Positions 20,338 to 28,242 of a DNA stretch of 64,000 nucleotides are shown here, one piece after another. The translations under genes and the position numbers were made by a program. The stretch's first letter is position 1. Each line of letters begins with the position of its first letter. Source of the DNA: a bacterium. GTDB lineage: Bacteria > RBG-13-61-14 > DATKZS01. The notes beneath the pieces are model-generated. The model searched no databases. It worked only from the letters and a program-made list of their open reading frames with translations, and had not been told where the DNA came from. The stretch is taken from NCBI GenBank assembly GCA_963674965.2, contig CAXXFL010000006.1, forward strand, positions 992,001-1,056,000, written 5' to 3'.

Positions 20338-21543
20338 TTATTCGGTTTCCTGGGTCTTGGCGAGCTTGGTTTCTCCCGAGAGGAAGAAATGGACGTCGGA
20401 ATTGAACCTTTCCCTTTCCTCCATCATGGGATAATGGGAACTTCTCTGATAGATGGCCACCTGGGCGTCGGGCAGTCCCAGGGCGATATAAATCCCCTCC
20501 GTTTCCGTGGAGATGGGATCGTACAGACCGTTAATAATGAGGACCGGGACCTTGACCTGGTCCAGTTTCTCGGTCAGGTCTTTTTTTCTGGTGTTCATGA
20601 GGGCCATGTAGGTCGCGTGAGTTTCCTTTCTCATTTCCTCGGTGGTCATATAGTCGACCTTGAACTGGGCGTTTTGCTCGACGAATTCCTTGGCTTCATC
20701 GGACCAGGTCACGATGAGGTCGCGGTTATAGTCGGCGGTGGGATACTTCGCCCCCTGGGCAATGGAGACCTCGACGGCCCGCGTGGGAAGTTTTGACCAT
20801 CCGGCGAAAAGCCTTCGCATGGTGGGGGCCCAGATGACGGTTTTGGCGGCTTTTTCCTTTTGCCACCTGGAGACGAGGAAGCGCGGTCCGTTTAAAATGG
20901 AGTGTCCTCTCAGGGTCCCGCCGGAGGAGAACCCACCAAAGCTCTCGACCAGCACTATACGCTCGACCTTTTCCGGGTGCTCGATGGCGTAGTTAAGCGC
21001 GATCTGGCCGCCAATGCCGTGTCCGACTACCTTGACGTCCTTCATTTCCATGGCCTCGATAAAGCCGTCCACGTAGGTAACGAAGTCTTCCATTTTGTAG
21101 GCTATGTCGGGTTTATCGGAGGCCCCGAAGCCGGGAAGGTCCATGGCCACCACGTGGAAGTCCTCGGCCAGGGCGTCAATGTTGTAGTTCCAGGTCTCCG
21201 AGGCGCTGATGGCCCCGATATGCGCCGTGGACTGGATAAGGGGAACGTGTCCCACCAGCACGCTGGGCACGTCCAGCAGGGGCTGGGCGAAAAGGGATTT
21301 CAAACCGTTCAGGGGCACGACGCCGCCATGAATCATAAGGACGTCGGGTCCCTGCCCGGCCTCCATGTAGCTTATGTTCAGCCCGTCCACCTCGACGGTT
21401 TTAGGCTCAATGGCGTAGGGCCTGGATACCGGTTCGCTCACCTTCATCCGGTTGGTGACTTTTTTCTCGATCAAGGAATAGCAGCCGCCGCTTAAGGCCG
21501 CAACCAGAGCCAACACCATAACGATCCCCATCCCCTTCTTCAT
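20338..21543 (-). CDS. Lipoprotein with alpha/beta hydrolase fold; nucleophile position is Gly (GHGIGG)
   Basis: Signal peptide with LSGGC lipobox-like site, MIHGG, DLPGFGASDKP, GHGIGG, GLYDPI, SSHYPMME. Confidence 0.85.
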   Translation of the reverse strand: MKKGMGIVMVLALVAALSGGCYSLIEKKVTNRMKVSEPVSRPYAIEPKTVEVDGLNISYMEAGQGPDVLMIHGGVVPLNGLKSLFAQPLLDVPSVLVGHVPLIQSTAHIGAISASETWNYNIDALAEDFHVVAMDLPGFGASDKPDIAYKMEDFVTYVDGFIEAMEMKDVKVVGHGIGGQIALNYAIEHPEKVERIVLVESFGGFSSGGTLRGHSILNGPRFLVSRWQKEKAAKTVIWAPTMRRLFAGWSKLPTRAVEVSIAQGAKYPTADYNRDLIVTWSDEAKEFVEQNAQFKVDYMTTEEMRKETHATYMALMNTRKKDLTEKLDQVKVPVLIINGLYDPISTETEGIYIALGLPDAQVAIYQRSSHYPMMEERERFNSDVHFFLSGETKLAKTQETE

Positions 21544-21713
21544 TCTTTCCCTCCTGATAATGGCCGTTATATTCGCTATTAAGGTAAATCCCTATAACAC
21601 GATACTCGACTGGAGTAAAGTAAAAAATTAATTTTTTACCGATCGCTAATTATATTCCGGAAGCAATCTCCGCGTCAAAGTCCCCCTTTTGACGCGTAAA
21701 TAAATACAAATAC

Positions 21714-22982
21714 TCAGGGCAAAAGCCTTTTTTCCAGCGCGGCCACCGGAGCGCGCCTTCCCCCCTCGGAGGCGGTGGCCCGCCTTGTCAGCATGGTCAT
21801 GACCAGCTTTCCGATCCTGGTCATACTCAAGCTGGACAGGGTGGCCGAATCGGGGTGCCCTCCCGGCTCCTGGTCCATCCTGGCCTCCATGATCCCAAGC
21901 TCGGTAAGAGCGTAAAGAATCCTGGTCTCGACCACGGCGTGAAGATAAATATACCTGGCCAATAACACGTCCTGTTGTCCATAGTCCGAGGTGGGCCGGG
22001 GCGACCAGTCGCGGCCGGCGGGCAAGTCGGAAAGCAGGGCGGCGAACCCGTCGCGGTGTTCCATGGCCCAGTCGGAAAGGCGCCTTGGTTCCCTCGCTCC
22101 CAGGTCCCGCCAGGCTATCCGGTTCCAGGTGGCCTCCATCAGGAGGGCGAACTGGGCGTCGGGGTCCAGGTCGAGAAAACATCCCGCCAGGGCGTCGGCT
22201 TGCAGGGCGTCGCCCCTTTTAATTTTCAGGAGACCCAGAGTGAGACCCATCTGCATGAACCAGGTTATCCTGACCGACCTTTCCATGCCGGTCCTTTGCG
22301 GAATCGACTCGGGCGAGCTCATCATTTCGTTGATCTTCATGACGTCGGGCCGGGGAATGATATTTTTGGCCCTGGTCAGCTTGATGGGGCGGGACTGAAG
22401 GTAATCGAGAAAGAGGGAGAAGTCCAGGGAGGCGGGAGCGGGGTTTCTGTCAACGTTTCTCGCGATCATCCAGAGCTGGGGGTCGAGCGCGGAGCCGAAC
22501 TCGGGGGCCGGGTATCCGGGACCCAGCTCCGGACGGCCGGGATACTCCCCTTTCTCGACCAAACCCTTGCCGCCGACTTCCTCCCAAAGGTCCATCAACA
22601 AGTCTCCCCTCGAGCACGTGGATAAAATATCTTCAAGCTCCATCGCGCTCAGTCTTCCCGTGTTATAAAGGTATTCGTAGAAACGCCGGAAGGTGGAAAG
22701 GTATCCCGTGAGTTCGCGCCTCGTTCCACCCGCGTGACGAGGGTACCAGCTTCCAAGGAAGTCGCGGATGATAACGCCGTCGACCCGGTCCAGGTCGCGG
22801 GGCCATTCCTCGGCCACGTAGGCGTACATGAAAAAACGGAGCCTGTCCCCATGGGTGGATACCACCGAGCGCGGCATTCCTCCCCCCCGAAGACCCCGGA
22901 GGAAGTCCTTGATAAGTTCCTCAGATCGATACTTGTCCATTCCCTTCCCAAAGCGGCGAGCCTCATCGCCGCGGCTCGTCAC
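21714..22982 (-). CDS. Hypothetical protein with N-terminal integrase SAM-like (core-binding) domain and no catalytic domain
   Basis: FL..L...G....V..H...LRFF...IRDFL..WY....L..Y.STFRRFYEYL helical pattern; start may be the downstream MDKY. Confidence 0.6.
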   Translation of the reverse strand: MTSRGDEARRFGKGMDKYRSEELIKDFLRGLRGGGMPRSVVSTHGDRLRFFMYAYVAEEWPRDLDRVDGVIIRDFLGSWYPRHAGGTRRELTGYLSTFRRFYEYLYNTGRLSAMELEDILSTCSRGDLLMDLWEEVGGKGLVEKGEYPGRPELGPGYPAPEFGSALDPQLWMIARNVDRNPAPASLDFSLFLDYLQSRPIKLTRAKNIIPRPDVMKINEMMSSPESIPQRTGMERSVRITWFMQMGLTLGLLKIKRGDALQADALAGCFLDLDPDAQFALLMEATWNRIAWRDLGAREPRRLSDWAMEHRDGFAALLSDLPAGRDWSPRPTSDYGQQDVLLARYIYLHAVVETRILYALTELGIMEARMDQEPGGHPDSATLSSLSMTRIGKLVMTMLTRRATASEGGRRAPVAALEKRLLP

Positions 22983-23056
22983 TTCCTATTTAGCACGAAG
23001 GGCCAGGACGCGCAAGTCTTTTGGCAAGGCCTTTCCATGAGGGTCGCGCGCGACGA

Positions 23057-24409
23057 TTACGAGTTGAGCTCGCCGATCTTATTCTCCATCAGGCCCTTTA
23101 TCTCCTCGAGCCTCGACTCGCTTTCCGCCTCGAAGCGCATGGAAAGCATGGGCTGGGTGTTCGAGGCCCTGACCAGGCCCCATCCGTCGGGGAAAACCAG
23201 CCTGACGCCGTCCACGTCGATGGCCTCATAGCCCTGGCTTTTGAAATAAGCGGCGGCCTCCTTGACGATCTCGAACTTGCGCTCGTCCGTGCTTTCGATC
23301 CTGATCTCGGGAGTCGAGAAGGTGCGGGGAATCTCGGAAAGAACGTCGGAGAGCTTGCGGTCGCTCCTGGACAAGAGCTCGAGGAAGCGGAGGCTCGCGT
23401 AAATGGCGTCGTCGAACCCGAAGAAGCGATGCTTGAAAAAGATATGCCCGCTCATCTCTCCGCCGAGGGCCGCGTTTTCCTCCTTCATCTTGGCCTTGAT
23501 GAGGGAGTGGCCCGCCTTCCACATAATGGGATTGCCGCCGTGGGCCTTGACGTCCTTGTACATTAGATGCGAACACTTGACCTCGCCGATGATGGAGGCG
23601 CCGGGCACCTCGGTCAGCACGGCCCGAGCCAGGAGCATGAGAATGACGTCTCCCATTACCATGTCGCCCCGGTCGTCAACTATGCCTATGCGGTCGGCGT
23701 CGCCGTCGTAGCCCAGTCCCACGTCGGCTCCCACCTCCCTGACCTTGGCGATGAGGGCCTGGCAGTTCTTCTCCACCGTGGGGTCGGGATGATGGTTGGG
23801 GAACCTGCCGTCCATGTCCGTGAACAGTTCATGGACCCGGCATCCCGCGTTGCGAAGAATGACGGGCGCGACGGGGCCCGCGGTCCCGTTGCCCGCGTCG
23901 GCCACCACGGTAAGGGGCCGATCGAGCTTAACGTGGCTCGATATCCATTCTATGTATCGGTCGGTGATTGGACTGGGAACGATCTTGCCCTGGCCGGAGA
24001 CGAAGTCATCCTTTTCGATGATCCGCTGGAAGTTCTTTATGTCCGCGCCGTGCAGGGTCTCCTTGCCCACGCTGATCTTGAACCCGTTCTGGTCGGGAGG
24101 GTTGTGCGAGCCCGAAACCTGGACCCCACCGTCCACCTCGAGGTTGAACAGGCTGAAGTAAACCATGGGCGTCGTTACCACGCCCAGGTCGTACACCTCG
24201 ATCCCGCTCTCCACCATGCCCTCCATCAGGGCCGCGCCCAGGGCGGGAGAACTGACGCGGCAGTCCTGCCCCACCGAGGCCCGCTTGCCCCCCGCCTTTA
24301 AAAGCACCCGGGCGTAGGCCCGGCCCAGCTTGCGGGCGAATTCCGCGTCGTAGTCCTTATCAACGACGCCCCTTATGTCGTACTCTCGGAATATGGCGGG
24401 ATTGAACAC
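23057..24409 (-). CDS. Phosphomannomutase/phosphoglucomutase (AlgC type)
   Basis: IFREYDIRG, SGSHNP, FPNHHPDP, DGDADR, GEMSGH, RASNT; GTG start 8 nt after GGAGG. Confidence 0.95.
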   Translation of the reverse strand: MFNPAIFREYDIRGVVDKDYDAEFARKLGRAYARVLLKAGGKRASVGQDCRVSSPALGAALMEGMVESGIEVYDLGVVTTPMVYFSLFNLEVDGGVQVSGSHNPPDQNGFKISVGKETLHGADIKNFQRIIEKDDFVSGQGKIVPSPITDRYIEWISSHVKLDRPLTVVADAGNGTAGPVAPVILRNAGCRVHELFTDMDGRFPNHHPDPTVEKNCQALIAKVREVGADVGLGYDGDADRIGIVDDRGDMVMGDVILMLLARAVLTEVPGASIIGEVKCSHLMYKDVKAHGGNPIMWKAGHSLIKAKMKEENAALGGEMSGHIFFKHRFFGFDDAIYASLRFLELLSRSDRKLSDVLSEIPRTFSTPEIRIESTDERKFEIVKEAAAYFKSQGYEAIDVDGVRLVFPDGWGLVRASNTQPMLSMRFEAESESRLEEIKGLMENKIGELNS

Positions 24410-24634
24410 TATTAATTCCTCCAATCTTTTTCGGTAGTATGGCGCGGGAAAGCCCGACTTGACGGCCGCCGGGTTTTCTCGAATACCAACGCCGCGCGGG
24501 ACTTGCGATCAGGCCCTACCCTAGCGATTTTACATTACCTTATAGACAAAGTCGATTAGTTTTTCATTAGCGGCTTTGGCTAAAATCTTCTCAAGCCAGA
24601 AAATAGGGGCCTATTTTATTCGATTCTCCAAGGA

Positions 24635-25132
24635 CTAGGTGGCGGCGCGGCTTTCCTTGCCGTTTTTTCCCAGGAAGGAGGCGATGGCTTCCTTGACTTT
24701 CTCGAGGTCCACGCTGGTGTTGGCGCAGGGTCCAAAAGGACGCTCGTTGGTCACGGCCAGGACCGGCTTGGGCGAGGCCATTATTCCGGCCTTGAGCTCC
24801 TGCTCGCAGGCCACGGCCACCACGGCCTCGACCCAGGACTCGAGCACCATGGCGAGGGCCAGCCGGCCGCCTCCGGCCACCCTGGGGATGACGCCGTACT
24901 CCTCGCCGATCTCGATCAGGGACTTGACCGGACAGTTTCCGCAGCGCTTGCATTGATGGACGTCCTTGACGATGTTTTGCGTACATTCGGTGTTCTGGAT
25001 GCAGCGGGGAAGCAAAAGCAGCACGCGCTCGGGCGTGATATTGAAGTTTTTGTGCCGCTTCCTGAAGTTGTTCATCCAGATGATGGCCCTGGCCACGCGG
25101 CTGCGGGCGCCGTGCTTGTCTTTATCGCTCAT
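24635..25132 (-). CDS. DUF116-family Cys-rich protein
   Basis: LLLPRCI...C...CKRCGNC...GG..A...AVACEQEL...GPCANT. Confidence 0.8.
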   Translation of the reverse strand: MSDKDKHGARSRVARAIIWMNNFRKRHKNFNITPERVLLLLPRCIQNTECTQNIVKDVHQCKRCGNCPVKSLIEIGEEYGVIPRVAGGGRLALAMVLESWVEAVVAVACEQELKAGIMASPKPVLAVTNERPFGPCANTSVDLEKVKEAIASFLGKNGKESRAAT

Positions 25133-25270
25133 TTTTTCCCCTTCTCCGAATTGTCAGTCTCGTAAAAATAATAGCACGATTTGTTCCCCGTCAAAAGAAA
25201 AAACATATCGATAAAATTGACTGGCCACCGGAGGGAGTTTAGTTTGTATTAATGGAGGGTCTGCCCGGCC

Positions 25271-26074
25271 ATGCAGTATGAACTCTTGCAGCTCGTTTGC
25301 ATAAACGTCTGGGGTAACGCCCATATCAAGGGGGCGGTCCGTCTGGGAAACGGGGAATTCTATCCTACCAATTCCTGTTTTCTCTATTGCAGGGAGGTCC
25401 TGATAAGTACCCCTTCCTCTTTCCATCCAGACGGGGACCGCAAAGATATTAACCCGGAATCATGGATAATCGAGATGAAACGAAACGGCGTCTCCAGGCT
25501 TCAGGTCAGGCTCGGGTCCTCGGACGAACGCCTTATCGAGGACCGGCACGCGGCGGCCTTTTGTGGAGGAGGCGGATCGAGAAGGATCGAGGCCATCGGC
25601 AAAGGGGCTGTCCACGCCTGGTCTCCACGCTGGACCCTGAGCGATAGAGACGATCCGGAAGAAAGGATTTGGAAGGTTGCCTACCTGATGACTTCGACCA
25701 GTCCAAGAAGGTCCGGCCCCGATCCCAGCTCGGTTAAGGACGCCCTGCAAAGCAATCTTGGCGAGATAGAAGCATTCGCTCGAGGTCAAAAGCTCTTCAA
25801 CTTCGCCTACTGCTTCAGGAGCGCTCTCGAGGCCCTCGAGTCGGACGATCCCATCGCGCTCTCCTATTCGCCGGACATAGTCCCTCCCGGCTTTTTGGGC
25901 GTCGAGGCGAGAAGGATTTTAGTGGCCGCTCAGAAGGCCTGGGTGTTCGGGGGAATGGGGTCCTGGAACGACCTGGGCTTTGAAGGGGAGGACCAGAAAA
26001 GATACGACTGTTTATCCAGAGAGCTTTACGCCCTTTGCAACCTTGCCTTGATGGCGGCGGCCAATTCAGAATAG
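25271..26074 (+). CDS. Hypothetical protein with C-terminal WVFGGMGSWND motif
   Basis: 267-aa ORF with GGAGG RBS that fills the gap between flanking genes. Confidence 0.65.
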   Translation: MQYELLQLVCINVWGNAHIKGAVRLGNGEFYPTNSCFLYCREVLISTPSSFHPDGDRKDINPESWIIEMKRNGVSRLQVRLGSSDERLIEDRHAAAFCGGGGSRRIEAIGKGAVHAWSPRWTLSDRDDPEERIWKVAYLMTSTSPRRSGPDPSSVKDALQSNLGEIEAFARGQKLFNFAYCFRSALEALESDDPIALSYSPDIVPPGFLGVEARRILVAAQKAWVFGGMGSWNDLGFEGEDQKRYDCLSRELYALCNLALMAAANSE

Positions 26075-26093
26075 GCGCGGACCGGCGTTATGA

Positions 26094-26687
26094 TCAGGCC
26101 ACTTGCCGGTCTTGCTTTTCCTTGGCGAGGGCGGCGGTCCAATTGAGATCGAGCACGGTATGGAAGTCTCCGTCCCAGTATTTATGGGGGAAATCCCATT
26201 GTATTTCAGAGCCTCCCGACAGCTCGATCAGCCTCTCGAAAGCGCCCAGCATCTGGAAGGTATATGCGGCTATGGCCAGGGTACCGAAATCGGGACTGAT
26301 GGTGATCCTGACGCCGCGCTCGCCGTTGGCCTGGATTTGAAAGCCCTCGAAATCGAACAGGCGCCTGTAGGTTATCCTGAATTTCTCGAGGGATTTAACG
26401 GGGTCTTTCGCGTCGACGAGAAGGTTTTTGTAAATCTCGGCCAGGCTGTCCATGCTGGACCTTCCCCATAGCCTGGCCATTTCCAGGTTGCCTTTGGCCA
26501 GCTCGTGAAAGACGGCCTCGCCGCAACGCTGATAGGTATCGAGGGGGTACCATTGGGAAGGAAGAATAAGCTGATCGATGATATCACGGTCTTCCAAAGT
26601 AAGGTACTTATCCCAGTTTACATTCTTCAATTTCTTAATCATGAGAACGTATTCCAGAAACAGCGATCCCTTAACGTGTTTAGCCAT
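26094..26687 (-). CDS. DUF2378/TIGR02265-like protein, paralog 2
   Basis: VKG near the N-terminus, ILPSQWYPLD, A..WGR; clear paralog of 26966-27649. Confidence 0.65.
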   Translation of the reverse strand: MAKHVKGSLFLEYVLMIKKLKNVNWDKYLTLEDRDIIDQLILPSQWYPLDTYQRCGEAVFHELAKGNLEMARLWGRSSMDSLAEIYKNLLVDAKDPVKSLEKFRITYRRLFDFEGFQIQANGERGVRITISPDFGTLAIAAYTFQMLGAFERLIELSGGSEIQWDFPHKYWDGDFHTVLDLNWTAALAKEKQDRQVA

Positions 26688-26965
26688 TTTATCTTGCTCC
26701 AGTTTCTTTATTTCTTTTCATAACTTGCGCCGCCGGATATCTTGCGTCCCATAAATCCACTCGATATTTGTCTTTTTTTTTCCTCCTTCAAATATTATTA
26801 GTAGCAAAAGTCGTTCCCGAACGGGGGCGGATATGAATTCTCTACCACCGCCAACCCATGGCGGCGAGAAATATCTTTTGGAGAGGGCGGAAAATAAACC
26901 TCCGCGCCCGGAGCGTAAATCGCGTCCTGGGCGCGGAAGGAGGAGGATGCCGATCATTTGTCTTT

Positions 26966-27649
26966 TTACGATTCCGAGTCTTTGTCCTTGGCGCCTAAAA
27001 GGCTCGAGCCGTAAACCATGCCCCGGGGCAGCCGGAACATGGTCAGCTTTTGCGAGCCCAGCTTGCGCTTGGCCGCCTGGGCGGCGGCGGCCTCCGAGCG
27101 CCAGGCCAGCTCGATCACCGTCTGAGGGTCGCCCATCCAGCGGCGCGAAGCGAAGGCCGCGTAGATTTGCTTGCCGCCCGAAAGGTCGATCAGCCTCTCG
27201 AAGGCGCCCAGCATCTGGGTGCAGTAAGCCTCGGCCAGCCTCTCGCCGAACTCGTTGCTCACGGTCACGCGCGCTCGGGTATCGGAGACGGGCTCGATGG
27301 TAAGGCCCTCGAAGTTGAACAGGCTGCGATTGGTAATGGCGAACCTTTCCAGGGACCGCATGGGGTTTCCCTCCACCACAAGGTGGTTCTTGTACACCCG
27401 GACCAGGTTGTCCATGCTCTTCCAGCCCCATTCCCGGGTGGCCTCGAGGTTGCCGTTGGCCAATTCCTTGAATACGGCCTCTCCGATCCTGACCATGGTA
27501 TCGAGAGGATACCAGCGGGATGGAAGGATGAGCTCGTTTAAAAGCGCCAAGTCGGATTCCGTCAGATGATTTTGCCAGTTCGACTCCTTGTACTTCTTGA
27601 TCATTTTCACGAAGTCAAGGAAAATCGCTCCTTTTACCTGCCTTTCCAT
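26966..27649 (-). CDS. DUF2378/TIGR02265-like protein, paralog 1
   Basis: Start MERQVKG after an AGGAGG RBS; ILPSRWYPLD; QMLGAFERLI shared with paralog 2. Confidence 0.65.
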   Translation of the reverse strand: MERQVKGAIFLDFVKMIKKYKESNWQNHLTESDLALLNELILPSRWYPLDTMVRIGEAVFKELANGNLEATREWGWKSMDNLVRVYKNHLVVEGNPMRSLERFAITNRSLFNFEGLTIEPVSDTRARVTVSNEFGERLAEAYCTQMLGAFERLIDLSGGKQIYAAFASRRWMGDPQTVIELAWRSEAAAAQAAKRKLGSQKLTMFRLPRGMVYGSSLLGAKDKDSES

Positions 27650-28242
27650 CGCCGCCTCCTTTAGGCCCGCCCAGTGTAAGGCTATCGAATTAGTCCGCCC
27701 ATATACCCATGGAATCGTTACATTGTTACAACCCTTGACAATTAACGAAATGCAATATTTATTCCCAAATGCCAAAGCGGGAAAGAATCAATCGATCGAT
27801 TTAATTAGAGAATTTTAATAAAAATAAATCAGCTACTTATACAATACAATATTCCCATGTACACTGGCGTCCCAGTTTAACCTGAAAGAATATGGCCTAA
27901 GATATATACCAATTTGGCACGATTATCTTAAAACTCTTCCCAAAAACGCCATATTTCCAACCGGTAAAACCTCCATGCCAAGTAAAATGACTCTCACGAA
28001 AAAGATGACCCATTAACGGCGGCAAAGGATGAATGATAGAGAATCATTTTCAACGGCGTTTATTCCTCTATTATGTAATAACGAAATCCACCACCCGGCG
28101 TGGCGAGAAATTATTTTTTCCGCGCACTTGGCGGCGGGCGCGAATTTGGTCTAATATTGGTATGGAATCGACGCGCAATAAATTTCTGACCTTGACGCCT
28201 ACAAAAATGAGGCGTCCGAATACATCGCATGGGGGGACCTAG

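Noticed and set aside
27914-27930. Sigma54 promoter (TTGGCACG) upstream of the GRE
   Set aside because: The -12 TTGC element is missing; the sequence reads TGGCACGATTATCTT
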